Virus record (IMG/VR): IMGVR_UViG_2061766007_000327
Reading direction: 5' to 3' (one strand)
DNA: 64,000 bases
DNA from: an uncultured virus (IMG/VR IMGVR_UViG_2061766007_000327)
Lineage: Duplodnaviria; Heunggongvirae; Uroviricota; Caudoviricetes
In this document: positions 32,853 through 41,936 of the stretch, piece by piece
How the letters are laid out: every line of letters starts with the position of its first letter
Numbering within the stretch: position 1 is the stretch's first letter
Notes under the pieces: model-generated
What the model saw: only the letters and a program-made list of their open reading frames with translations
Told to the model about the DNA's origin: nothing
Database searches by the model: none
Made by a program: the position numbers and the translations under genes

Positions 32853-34097
32853 ATGAGCCAGAGTAACGGTAATGTCTACATCGATACCTCGGTGAACCCG
32901 CCGAAAGGTATCTCCATTTATGATGTGCAGACAGCCCTTAAAGACAACCATAGGGACATAGGTGGTCTCTGTACATCGAATAAAATAAACCCCTGGTCTA
33001 AGAGCAAGCCAGTCCGTCAGGGCACGCCCAATCAGGAGGCGAATTGGCAGGCTGCCTGGTCGGGTAATTACGGCATAGTCCCGTATAGGATCGGCACGGG
33101 ATCCAGCGCCTTGAGCACGCTGTACAATTTCTCGTTCGACGGTGCTATGAACGGCTGGACATACGAAAAACCGCGCGGGCTCGCAACCTATAACGAGTGG
33201 TATCGCCTTATGGATTTCAACGGCTACCAGCACAATGCCCCGAATCCTTGGAGCGGTTGGACAGGTGCGTCCAGCGTAGTCCGCGGAAGTTCCGCCTGGT
33301 TCGGGCTTGATGATGTGGTCGAAGACTGGAACGGCACTCCCAGTTCCATCTACTACGGGAACATCCTCCTGCAACTGGGGCAGACGACAACGGCTTACCT
33401 AAGTTCGTGCTATTTCGGCGTCGCTATATTTAATTCTTCCAGGGCTTGCGTAGCTGTCGCGACCTGCCAGAATCAAATTGGGGCATCTCCCTCTGCATCA
33501 TTTATTGATGCAAACTGGAGCTGCGGATTCGATGATGTTTCTTGGAGTGCTGGCAATTACCGAGCAATCCCGTTCTTCTGGATTACCGACACAAACCAGC
33601 CGATGCCCTCGGGATGGACTTCAATCCAGTACGGAGAAATCTATACCATCCCGTACACCCAGCCGAAGACCTTAAGCGTCACAGCGTCTGATGACCCGTC
33701 GGTGGCTACCATCTATCTGACTGGAGGCTGTGGCATCGATGACGAAACAAGTTCTTCGCTCGTAATCGGTCTCTCGCCCATCATCGGCATGAACGGGACA
33801 AATACATACACCTTGCAGAGGGTTCAGATCCGCCTATATCCCGAAAGCGGGTCTGGAGACTCGTATCTCTACGACACCTCCAGCGATTCCGATTATACGC
33901 CCGCGACCCTGTCTGGCGACGGTAATACCTGGTATTTGGTAGACCAGCCGGGCGAGGGGGACGGACTGACCAATTGCCCTTCGCAGGTCACTGTTCGCAA
34001 GATCTCCGGCGGAAGCTATACAGTTAATGTCTTAGCAATAGTCATATCGAATGGCGGCGCCCAGATAACGGTAACAAAGAATTATCCTATTAGTTAA
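32853..34097 (+). CDS. tail-associated protein
   Basis: DIGGLCTS.KINPWSKSKPV and YRLMDFNGY motifs, which I recall from Bacteroidetes phage tail modules. Confidence 0.6.
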   Translation: MSQSNGNVYIDTSVNPPKGISIYDVQTALKDNHRDIGGLCTSNKINPWSKSKPVRQGTPNQEANWQAAWSGNYGIVPYRIGTGSSALSTLYNFSFDGAMNGWTYEKPRGLATYNEWYRLMDFNGYQHNAPNPWSGWTGASSVVRGSSAWFGLDDVVEDWNGTPSSIYYGNILLQLGQTTTAYLSSCYFGVAIFNSSRACVAVATCQNQIGASPSASFIDANWSCGFDDVSWSAGNYRAIPFFWITDTNQPMPSGWTSIQYGEIYTIPYTQPKTLSVTASDDPSVATIYLTGGCGIDDETSSSLVIGLSPIIGMNGTNTYTLQRVQIRLYPESGSGDSYLYDTSSDSDYTPATLSGDGNTWYLVDQPGEGDGLTNCPSQVTVRKISGGSYTVNVLAIVISNGGAQITVTKNYPIS

Positions 34098-34107
34098 TTT
34101 ATATTTT

Positions 34108-34446
34108 ATGGAACGCTTTCAAATTATTAACATTTTCAGAACATTAGGAAGGATCAAGTTGAACAAGATTACGGACAAGCCCACGCGCAATGCCCTTATC
34201 TCCGATCACCTTAAGATGTTCAAGATTGTGAAGGAGAATGACGATTATATCGCCTCCCTCCGCCAGCAGTTTGACCAGGACGCGGTAAAGGAACTCAACG
34301 AGGCATACCAGCGCTACGCCGAAGAGGAAGTCGAGCTGGATCTCGAAAAGATTGACAAGATGACTTTGGCGGATGCAATCGCCGCCGGCGGAGTCGATTT
34401 CTCACTGGATGAGTTTGCCGCCCTCGAACCTCTTTACGCAGAATGA
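34108..34446 (+). CDS. hypothetical protein (possible fibre chaperone)
   Basis: Helical protein after the tail genes. Confidence 0.55.
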   Translation: MERFQIINIFRTLGRIKLNKITDKPTRNALISDHLKMFKIVKENDDYIASLRQQFDQDAVKELNEAYQRYAEEEVELDLEKIDKMTLADAIAAGGVDFSLDEFAALEPLYAE

Positions 34447-34889
34447 CAAGGCAGGAAATACTAACGGCCATACGCCCCTTCTTCGACATAGACGAACTGG
34501 TCTGCGACCACACCTATGCGAAGTGGGGCGAAAAGGCCTGGCAGTTTCTGGACACCGACTACCTTCACGCCCTGCTGATAGTCCGACGCGACATCATTAA
34601 GCGCCCTATGTGGTGCAACGGGTCGCAGAAGAAGCAGCGGGGGCTGAGGTGCAACCGATGCCAGATGGTGCGGGAGAAATCCAGCGTCTATCTTTCAGCC
34701 CACTGCCTTGGGAAGGCCGGGGATTTCTCGATCTCGGGTATGACGGCGGAACAAGCGCGTCAGGCAATCAAGGCGAACGCCCACCTACTGCCCTGCAATG
34801 TCAGACTGGAGAAGGGCGTCTCCTGGCTTCATTTGGATACACTGCCTATGTATGGCGTAACACAGAAAGTATATGAATTCACGGCTTAG
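34443..34889 (+). CDS. endolysin, peptidase M15 family
   Basis: RC...SAHCLGKAGDF...WLHLD zinc peptidase motifs. Confidence 0.8.
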   Translation: MTRQEILTAIRPFFDIDELVCDHTYAKWGEKAWQFLDTDYLHALLIVRRDIIKRPMWCNGSQKKQRGLRCNRCQMVREKSSVYLSAHCLGKAGDFSISGMTAEQARQAIKANAHLLPCNVRLEKGVSWLHLDTLPMYGVTQKVYEFTA

Positions 34890-35319
34890 TTTATTGTTCG
34901 CGGTATGCCTATTGGCGTCCTGCAGTCCGCGCATCATTAAGGAGGTGCATACGGAGATTGAGTATCGCGACAGAGAGGTTCACGACACGGCGACCGTGGA
35001 GATCCCGGTCATCATTGAAAAGAACATCACCCGCGACACGGTCTCACATCTTGAGAATACTTATGCCAAGTCCGACGCAATGGTCAGCCAGGGCTTGCTT
35101 TTCCACTCGCTCGAATCGAAGCCCCAGGTCATAAAGGTCCCGGTCACAGTCCACGTTACCGATACGCTCTATAAAGAGGCTCAGATTGAAGAAAAAATCG
35201 TCGAGGTAGAGAAACCCTTGTCTTGGTGGCAAAAGTTCCGTATGGAGGCTTTTTGGTGGCTTTCCGGGGCTGTCTTGCTTCTTCTCGCCTGGACATTCCG
35301 TAAATTCCTAAGATTTTAA
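34873..35319 (+). CDS. spanin-like lipoprotein
   Basis: Lipobox LLASC and C-terminal TM, directly after the endolysin. Confidence 0.6.
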   Translation: MNSRLSLLFAVCLLASCSPRIIKEVHTEIEYRDREVHDTATVEIPVIIEKNITRDTVSHLENTYAKSDAMVSQGLLFHSLESKPQVIKVPVTVHVTDTLYKEAQIEEKIVEVEKPLSWWQKFRMEAFWWLSGAVLLLLAWTFRKFLRF

Positions 35320-35323
35320 GTAG

Positions 35324-35521
35324 ATGTCAAAGGCCCGCGTAAAGGTAACTGTCAAGAAAGGCGCTCGCAGCGGAAGCAATCTCGTTGCGAGTATGCCTAT
35401 CGCTATAACCAAGAATGCCAGCCCGAGCGGGCAGCGACTCTACCAGACGAAGGCACAACTGCATATGCATCTGTACCGTGGACAAAGACCCCAGACGCCT
35501 CGACTTAGAAGGGCTAATTAA
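35324..35521 (+). CDS. small basic protein
   Basis: K/R-rich 65-aa ORF. Confidence 0.4.
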   Translation: MSKARVKVTVKKGARSGSNLVASMPIAITKNASPSGQRLYQTKAQLHMHLYRGQRPQTPRLRRAN

Positions 35522-35876
35522 GAAACTCCGGCACATAACCCTAGCAACCCAACTGATGCCGTTTATCTATGGCGGTTTTTATATTCTGTCTCTATTCCTT
35601 TATACGGTCGGCACGGAGGAGACGGCGAGACTCTGTGATACCCTCTTCTATGTATCGCCGATAGTCGTGGCAGAATTTCTTGTCCTGTCAAGGCTCTTGA
35701 GATTATGCAAGTGGCATCGCATAGCCTGTTGCGTCCCGCTGATCCCGCAAGTGATGTCTTTGATAGATTATTATATCATAGAATTCAGTGAGATTATCGT
35801 GCAGGTCGATATCTTCATCTATATGTCCTCCATTATCCTTCTCCTAATAGCCGCCTACAAAGTCTTCCTATGCTAA
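35415..35876 (+). CDS. multi-TM membrane protein (start uncertain)
   Basis: Four hydrophobic segments. Confidence 0.55.
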   Translation: MPARAGSDSTRRRHNCICICTVDKDPRRLDLEGLIKKLRHITLATQLMPFIYGGFYILSLFLYTVGTEETARLCDTLFYVSPIVVAEFLVLSRLLRLCKWHRIACCVPLIPQVMSLIDYYIIEFSEIIVQVDIFIYMSSIILLLIAAYKVFLC

Positions 35877-36149
35877 ACCCTAAAACCTACCTTGCCGAGA
35901 TCCTCGACTATTACAAGTACAAACTGGACAACAATCTCTGCACAATGGAAGAGATGAACTCGTTAGCCAAGACAATCCAAGAAAATATGGAAATTCAAGG
36001 AACGATTTCCGATTTTGCACAATTTTACAATCAATCGGAATCATCCATAAGGGCGACCATCTCGAGGAAGTTNNNNNNNNNNNNNNNNCTTCTACCCCTT
36101 CCATACCTTCGCCAGAATAGTGCCAGACAAGTGGCACAAAAAGAAATAG
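35870..36149 (+). CDS. putative HTH DNA-binding protein (gapped)
   Basis: ISDFAQFYNQSESSIRATISR is HTH-like; after the gap it reads FYPFHTFARIVPDKWHKKK* to 36149. Confidence 0.5.
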
Positions 36150-36259
36150 TTAGCATTAATATGTAGCAAACTACCGTCCGCTATTGCTTCTGCCGAACTT
36201 TGTATTGACGATAAGGCCTATCGCGATACAAAGTTTAACTTTTTAATGCTAACTAAATT

Positions 36260-37188
36260 ATGGCGGAAGATTCTAAAACGATAATTTTACCCGATAACCA
36301 GAATAATGGTTGGGGCAATGTGCCGTTCGCTATGACCCTACCCCTGTACGGTGGCTATGGATACGGGAACGGCTTTGGCAACGGACTGTTCGGCGGTGGC
36401 GGCTTTGGCGCCGGCATCCTCGGCGGGATCCTCGGAGGACTGATCCCCGGATTCTTCGGAGGCTGGGGCAACGGCTTCGGCTGGGGCGGAAATGGCAATG
36501 GAGGGGCAGNNNNNNNNNNNNNNNNNNNNNNNNNNNNNNNNNNNNNNNNNNNNCGGACGCCGATGTCAGGCTTCTGGCTACTACCCTTAACAGCGACATC
36601 GACAGCGTAAGGCTGGCCATCAACACTGTTCAAGGTGCAGTCCAGCAGGTTGGCTCTACCGTCGGTCTTACCGGACAGCAGGTCATCAACGCCATCCAGC
36701 AGGGTGATGCTGCCCTTGCCTCCCAGTTGTGTCAGTGCTGCTGCCAGACGCAACAGCAGATTATGGCGCAGGGATACGAGAACCAGATCCGCACCGTCGA
36801 GCAGACCAACACTCTCGGCAACGCTATCAACTTCAACGGACAGCGCAACGTCGACGCGATCGCAGACCTAAAGACCACGATGGTTAAGGAATTCTGCGAC
36901 CTCAAGGAGCGTGATATGCAGGAGAAGATCAATAGCCTGACGGCTAATAACACTCTCCTCAGAAGTCAGATCGATAATGCAGCACAGACCGCCACAATTG
37001 CTGGCCTTATTGCACCCGTAGCAAAAGAGGTCGATGACATCAAGTGCAAGATGCCTCAGACAGTTCCCGTCCAGTGGCCTCAGTTGACCGCCGTGAATAC
37101 AACTCCTTATGTGAGCGGAGGCTTCTATGGCAACAACTGGAACAATTTCGGCTGGGGCGGCTTCGGCGGTAACGGAATCGTTTTCTAA
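36260..37188 (+). CDS. Gly-rich membrane-segment plus coiled-coil protein with CQCCC motif (one gene across a gap)
   Basis: N-terminal G/F/W-rich hydrophobic region, then Q/N-rich heptads and LCQCCCQTQ. Confidence 0.7.
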
Positions 37189-37201
37189 AATAAGGTAGGC
37201 T

Positions 37202-37534
37202 ATGTTCGGATGCGTTAATGTAACAACTAACGTGAACGGCACGCCGTACCTTCGCACCACTGGTGTTACGGTCGGGACCGACTCGGTGGATTTCACTCTG
37301 GGCTTCCGGAGGATTCCGCCGGTTGGTTACCTGACCATCAACATCGCTGACGCGATCCCCGAGGGGACAACAGGTACTCTTCCGGTGCGATTCACGCTGA
37401 ATGGGCAGACCCGCGCCCTTACTTCCTTCGGCGGGGTGGCAGTCACTGCCGCCGACCTCACAGGAACCGGCATAATCCAGGTCTTCTACGACTGGTACAA
37501 CGGAATCCTTCAGACTACATCACCAATTATCTAA
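37202..37534 (+). CDS. hypothetical beta-rich protein
   Basis: Co-oriented member of the cassette. Confidence 0.65.
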   Translation: MFGCVNVTTNVNGTPYLRTTGVTVGTDSVDFTLGFRRIPPVGYLTINIADAIPEGTTGTLPVRFTLNGQTRALTSFGGVAVTAADLTGTGIIQVFYDWYNGILQTTSPII

Positions 37535-37546
37535 ACAATAAAAACA

Positions 37547-38062
37547 ATGCTCAGTAATTTACGTCCTGGAACGCCGGTCTACATTCTTTATAAGAACGGA
37601 CCACGCGTCGCAACCGCAAAGGTCGCGCAACTTAGCAGCCAGTACCCTCCTCAGTTTAACTTCCAGATGCCCCCGAACGGGATGAACCCCGGGCCGATGT
37701 CCGACCTCACGATAGAGGTCGACGGGAAGACGGAACTATATCCCAAGATCCCGACATCGTCGTCCATAGCGGAATTCCCAGACAAGGGCGTCGTCATAAG
37801 CGAAACGAGGGATGGGATAATCAATGAAGTGAACGCAATCAGAAGCGCCAGCGTCACCGCGCTTGAACAGGTAGATGCTCACAAGGGGATAATCGCTTCG
37901 TGCGACCAGCTGTTGCTGGATCTGAACCCGCAATTGAAGAAGGAGCAGGAACAGGCGAACGAGATTGCGACTCTGAAACAACAACTGGCGGGGATGAGCG
38001 AACAGATTGCGGCGATGACCGGACTCTTGTCTAAGTCGCTGGGCAAGAAAAAGGAGGAATAA
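37547..38062 (+). CDS. hypothetical protein with C-terminal coiled coil
   Basis: Co-oriented member of the cassette. Confidence 0.65.
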   Translation: MLSNLRPGTPVYILYKNGPRVATAKVAQLSSQYPPQFNFQMPPNGMNPGPMSDLTIEVDGKTELYPKIPTSSSIAEFPDKGVVISETRDGIINEVNAIRSASVTALEQVDAHKGIIASCDQLLLDLNPQLKKEQEQANEIATLKQQLAGMSEQIAAMTGLLSKSLGKKKEE

Positions 38063-38065
38063 AAA

Positions 38066-38341
38066 ATGTCATACAGAGTAATAAGTATGAGGGGTGACCG
38101 CTACGGGCGGAAGTCCGAAGCCGATGAATTCTTCCACGCTGCAGAGAAGGCTCGTGCTGCCGTCGAGGAGATGCATGACCTAGCCTGCGAAATGGAAGAC
38201 AAATACGGTGAGCGCTATTTCGGCGAACGAGGCCGCTATGGCATGCGTGACGATTACTATGGGCGTCGTGACCACGAAATGTGGGACGATGATATGTACG
38301 GAGAACGTCGGCGCAGAGACAGCCGTGGAAGATATATGTAA
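38066..38341 (+). CDS. R/G/Y/D-rich protein ending RRRRDSRGRYM
   Basis: Low-complexity charged protein. Confidence 0.65.
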   Translation: MSYRVISMRGDRYGRKSEADEFFHAAEKARAAVEEMHDLACEMEDKYGERYFGERGRYGMRDDYYGRRDHEMWDDDMYGERRRRDSRGRYM

Positions 38342-38347
38342 TCATTT

Positions 38348-38371
38348 TGGGGCGGGTTAACGCTCGCCCCT
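38348..38371. terminator. intergenic hairpin
   Basis: TGGGGCGGG-TTAACG-CTCGCCCC. Confidence 0.5.
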
Positions 38372-38385
38372 AAATTTCAAAAGCA

Positions 38386-38787
38386 ATGGCAAGATTAGAT
38401 TCTTACGACAGATTACCCGGCGGAATGCGGGAATACTTGTCTTTCAATGATTATCACTTCTCTAAGCCCATGTATATGTGGGCTGTAAGCATGATGAGGG
38501 ATAAAAACGGAAGCAAGGTCGAGCCGATGACAAAGGAGTCTGTGATGGAAATCCTAAAGCGGAACAATGTCGAAATCGAAAAAGACATGGGCTACGACGT
38601 GCCCTTCGTCTTTATGCGCAAAAAGACGGATTCTCTTGGCGGTTCCATCCCTGATGAGGCTCACCTAGCCATGGCGGTCAAGGAGTTCTTCACGGATAAG
38701 GACGGGTACGACACAATGGCATTTGATGAGTTTCTTACAAAACTCAATGCCCTTGGGATTCCCGTAGACTGGTCAAGTATGCTTTAG
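38386..38787 (+). CDS. hypothetical protein
   Basis: YHFSKPM...DKDGY...IPVDWSSML; member of the cassette. Confidence 0.65.
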   Translation: MARLDSYDRLPGGMREYLSFNDYHFSKPMYMWAVSMMRDKNGSKVEPMTKESVMEILKRNNVEIEKDMGYDVPFVFMRKKTDSLGGSIPDEAHLAMAVKEFFTDKDGYDTMAFDEFLTKLNALGIPVDWSSML

Positions 38788-39362
38788 TCGGCATAGCGGA
38801 AGGTGCAACCATGATGTATTTTTTGAGTCCCCTTTGCGCAACGGACAATAGCATACCGATAAAATCCGTCCGCCTCGGCACAATGAAGTGATTTGTAGTA
38901 GGTTTCATTTCCCGAACTATCGGTACAGATAACCGGACGGCTATACCTGCGATACAGTTCTTTCTTTATGGCCACTGCGTGTGGGTTTCTGGCATTCTCG
39001 CTTCTGCATACCCATCTCAAGTTTTCGGCTCTATTATCGTGCCTGACGGCGTTTATGTGGTCAACCTCTTTCCCGGGTTCCGGGAGGCCGTGAAAGGCGG
39101 AACAAACCAGAATGTGTGCGGTAATGCCTTTCACGAACTTATCTTTAGATAAGTGCAAAGATGGATATCCGCTCTGAGACAGGGACTGCCTCATAATATG
39201 CTCCTTGATTGTCCTGGTTGCGCCATAAACTGTCGGTACCATACGAGAAATAGCCTTTATCCTTCCAGTGTTAGAAGCTTGGTAATAACCTTCCCACCCA
39301 GGGATATCCTTCCAAACCTCGCCTGGCATGTCTTCAAGGGACAGATTTTGATACGGTAACAT
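38784..39362 (-). CDS. NUMOD4-HNH homing endonuclease
   Basis: EVWKDIPGWEGYYQASNTGRIK (NUMOD4), VDHINAVRHDNRAENLRW (HNH), C-terminal NUMOD1-like HTH. Confidence 0.9.
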   Translation of the reverse strand: MLPYQNLSLEDMPGEVWKDIPGWEGYYQASNTGRIKAISRMVPTVYGATRTIKEHIMRQSLSQSGYPSLHLSKDKFVKGITAHILVCSAFHGLPEPGKEVDHINAVRHDNRAENLRWVCRSENARNPHAVAIKKELYRRYSRPVICTDSSGNETYYKSLHCAEADGFYRYAIVRCAKGTQKIHHGCTFRYAD

Positions 39363-39467
39363 ATCGCTGATGATTTATAGTTAGCTGATGAAAATAAAGA
39401 GCGGAAGGCGCATCAGCTTCGCTTTTCGGAAGGTAGCTACTCCATTCCTATCCGCTCTACAAATATA
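39363..39467 (-). promoter_or_regulatory. promoter plus structured 5' leader of HNH gene 1
   Basis: TATATTTG (39467-39460), then stem AGAGCGGA/TCCGCTCT, two inner hairpins and two CATCAGC boxes. Confidence 0.7.
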
Positions 39468-39476
39468 TAAAAAATT

Positions 39477-39881
39477 GTGATAGTACGCAAGATTCATATC
39501 CGGGACTGGAATGTAATGTTTTACTTCTCTTTCGACACATTCGACAAGGGACGCATCTTGGATGCCCTGTTCTGGGCGAACGCGCCCGCATCTGTCACTT
39601 CCCAAGTGTCAGAGAACATCAGTTCCGGAGCCCTTGACGAGGGATTCTGTTTCAGCAATCCAGTTGACCGCCGAAGCATCGTTGCGGTCGGCAAAACCAG
39701 CACCGGGCCAGAATTCCTCAATACGACAATTCACGAGATAGCGCATGTCGCTATGCATATTGCAGAAGAGGACGGTCTTGATCCATACTCTGAAGACCTT
39801 GCCTATCTCATCGGCGATATATCCCACGAAGTCTCAGACATAGTGTGTGAGATGTCCTGCCCACATTGCAGAGGCGACTGA
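39477..39881 (+). CDS. HExxH putative zinc metallopeptidase
   Basis: NTTIHEIAH followed by SEDLAYL (candidate third ligand). Confidence 0.65.
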   Translation: MIVRKIHIRDWNVMFYFSFDTFDKGRILDALFWANAPASVTSQVSENISSGALDEGFCFSNPVDRRSIVAVGKTSTGPEFLNTTIHEIAHVAMHIAEEDGLDPYSEDLAYLIGDISHEVSDIVCEMSCPHCRGD

Positions 39882-39903
39882 GGCAAGTTTCGGTCTCTGC
39901 GTA

Positions 39904-39937
39904 AAAGCCCGTCAGTTTTGCGGTTCTGGCGGGCTTT
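39904..39937. terminator. bidirectional terminator at the convergence point
   Basis: AAAGCCCGTCAG...CTGGCGGGCTTT between convergent gene blocks. Confidence 0.7.
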
Positions 39938-39940
39938 CTG

Positions 39941-40156
39941 TTAGTAGTCGGTCGGTTCGATAGACTCGATGTAGATTCTGGCGATGGGCATATGCGACTC
40001 TTGGCTGAATGCCCTGATCGTCTTTTGCGTCGGCCAACTGCTACCGTTCTCAATCTTCCATAGCGCAGAAGGCGTAAGGCCGAGCCTTGACGACATAATC
40101 TTTAAGGTAACCCCCTCTTTCTGGCGGGTTTGCTTGAATACTTTTCCTATGTTCAT
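39941..40156 (-). CDS. XRE-family HTH regulator
   Basis: TRQKEGVTL..MSSRLGLTPSALWKIENG. Confidence 0.85.
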   Translation of the reverse strand: MNIGKVFKQTRQKEGVTLKIMSSRLGLTPSALWKIENGSSWPTQKTIRAFSQESHMPIARIYIESIEPTDY

Positions 40157-40276
40157 ATCGCAGTGTTTTGGTTATGATGATTCCTTTCCTCCGTAGTCTT
40201 GTGCAACGAGCATGACTGTAATGGGCGTTGCAGTGTGATTCGGCAGAGTTCGCGTCCTCTCCGGTAATGGACGCAT

Positions 40277-40696
40277 TCATCGCATCCTGAATTTGTCGAT
40301 CTCTTCTTTGGTAACATTGACTTCCGGCATTGAGTTAAGCAAATCGAACAACTGCTGTTCCTGCTCCTTCGTGCGACAGCGGTCCATAATGAGGAGGAAT
40401 ATGATCGCCATCTCGCTGGCGGTCGCGAGGAAATTGTCGTATTTCGATCCGTTCTCGTATAGACCGCCCTCGATGGGGAAATCCCCATACAAGAATGTGT
40501 CCTCGAAAAGCCGGCGCACTTCCTCGGTGTCGCGAAGGATCCGGCTGAGTTTGTATTTCTTGTTGTGGACGAAATCAAAACCGAGCTTCTTCATCCTTAC
40601 CTCGGCTTCTTTCCGCATCCGATCCATCACTTCCGCTGCCTGGACGAACGAGTTGACGAATACGGCACAATTTAGCGTTTCTTTATTGATTTCCAT
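40277..40696 (-). CDS. hypothetical protein
   Basis: Start re-assigned to MEINKE. Confidence 0.6.
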   Translation of the reverse strand: MEINKETLNCAVFVNSFVQAAEVMDRMRKEAEVRMKKLGFDFVHNKKYKLSRILRDTEEVRRLFEDTFLYGDFPIEGGLYENGSKYDNFLATASEMAIIFLLIMDRCRTKEQEQQLFDLLNSMPEVNVTKEEIDKFRMR

Positions 40697-40898
40697 AGTC
40701 TTGTAGTAAACTCCTTTTCCACGCCTCGTATATGTGCTTCGGACAGTCAGGGTGGCGTTCGATATTGGCCACCGGAAATAGGTCTCCGTTTGCCTTTTCG
40801 ATGTAGATAGTCTCCATGCCGTCTGTGGCAAGTAACTCCATCAGCTTCTCCTTATTCTCCGTGCTGATGTCAAATGAAAATGAAAGGTCTTGTGTCAT
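40683..40898 (-). CDS. hypothetical protein
   Basis: Tightly packed ORF. Confidence 0.55.
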   Translation of the reverse strand: MTQDLSFSFDISTENKEKLMELLATDGMETIYIEKANGDLFPVANIERHPDCPKHIYEAWKRSLLQDYGNQ

Positions 40899-41128
40899 TT
40901 CTTCAATCTGTTATATTCCTGTAATATCTTCTCCGGGTCATCGTTCCAGAAGGCGATGTCTAAAATGGTCTTGATGTCCTCCACGGTGAGGGATTTTCCG
41001 AGTTCATAGAACTTGTGTGCTATATTCTTTCCCCACTGAAGAATTGGCTCATAGTGTTTTATCATTGGGGATGTTTCAGGACAATCAAGGTGTTCTTCTA
41101 CCCACTTGTCAATCTCTTCGTTTGTCAT
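40895..41128 (-). CDS. hypothetical protein
   Basis: ATGA overlap; FYELG motif. Confidence 0.6.
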   Translation of the reverse strand: MTNEEIDKWVEEHLDCPETSPMIKHYEPILQWGKNIAHKFYELGKSLTVEDIKTILDIAFWNDDPEKILQEYNRLKK

Positions 41129-41622
41129 TGCTTTACGATTATTATCTTCACCTTTATATCCTCATCGTACCCAAGTTTCTCGAGGGACTGGTCAAGTCTT
41201 ATGGATAAGCCTCTCTGATTCCAGTATCCTATCTCTCCTTCCACCGCATCCTTCGTCATCTGCTCCTCCATCGCTTTCTTGCCTTCGTTCACACCGTCCC
41301 AGAAGCATCCGTCACGGTCTTTTAACCATTCGTCCATCATCTGAACCTTCTGCCACTCTGCCCCGGCAAGAAAACCTTCCTTTGATGCCTTTACATCTAC
41401 ATCATCGTAGTAGTTGTTGGAGCCATCATAAGGAACTCTGAACCCGTGCTTATCAGCATATTCTTCCGCTGCTTCCTCCAAGTCCTCGGAAGGCTTTTCT
41501 GGCAGGGAGTCAATGAAATTCAATAATTGTTGCATTGCTGTTGGAACGAAGGTGTAACCTCTATACAAGTAATCAACTTTCAGCCTCTCAATCTCTGCTT
41601 TTATCTTCTCAATGTTGCTCAT
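41125..41622 (-). CDS. hypothetical protein (SEDLEEAAEEYA / FLAGAEWQ type)
   Basis: Start re-assigned to MSNIEK; modular phage accessory ORF. Confidence 0.65.
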   Translation of the reverse strand: MSNIEKIKAEIERLKVDYLYRGYTFVPTAMQQLLNFIDSLPEKPSEDLEEAAEEYADKHGFRVPYDGSNNYYDDVDVKASKEGFLAGAEWQKVQMMDEWLKDRDGCFWDGVNEGKKAMEEQMTKDAVEGEIGYWNQRGLSIRLDQSLEKLGYDEDIKVKIIIVKQ

Positions 41623-41936
41623 TTTGTCATTATTTTTCTGGTAATTCTGGACAAGGCATCCAATAACTTTACTTGCGGGATATTCCACCCATCATAGTCA
41701 ACAATCATTGTCTTGTCAGAGACTATATGAGCGAAACATAGATGACAGGCTATTGGGAGTGTATGACCGTTAGCCTCATTAGTTAATACAATGACTTCTT
41801 CGTTCTCTGGAGGAAGTTTTTCTTTGACACTTATCCACCTTGGAGGCTCTATTATATTTAGTAATTCTACCATTGCAGGATAATATGATTTACCTTTCTT
41901 CTTGTCAATTTCTCTCTGTAACTCTGCTTTTGTCAT
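41619..41936 (-). pseudogene. DUF551-like gene with a frameshift near the 3' end
   Basis: WISVKEKLP is present; YWMPCPELPEK* lies in the adjacent frame after ~41665. Confidence 0.55.

Noticed and set aside
18799..34097. Diversity-generating retroelement or CRISPR array acting on the fibre genes
   Set aside because: No reverse transcriptase, no adenine-specific TR/VR pair and no regularly spaced repeats were seen in this window.
12394..37188. Apparent frameshifts or split genes in the tape measure, fibre, tail tip, HTH and Gly-rich genes
   Set aside because: Every frame change coincides with an N gap of estimated length.
39385..39391. CTGATGA (also at 46703) resembling a hammerhead ribozyme core
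   Set aside because: It lies on the strand opposite the HNH transcript, has no stem II/GAAA arrangement, and is explained as the complement of the CATCAG boxes.
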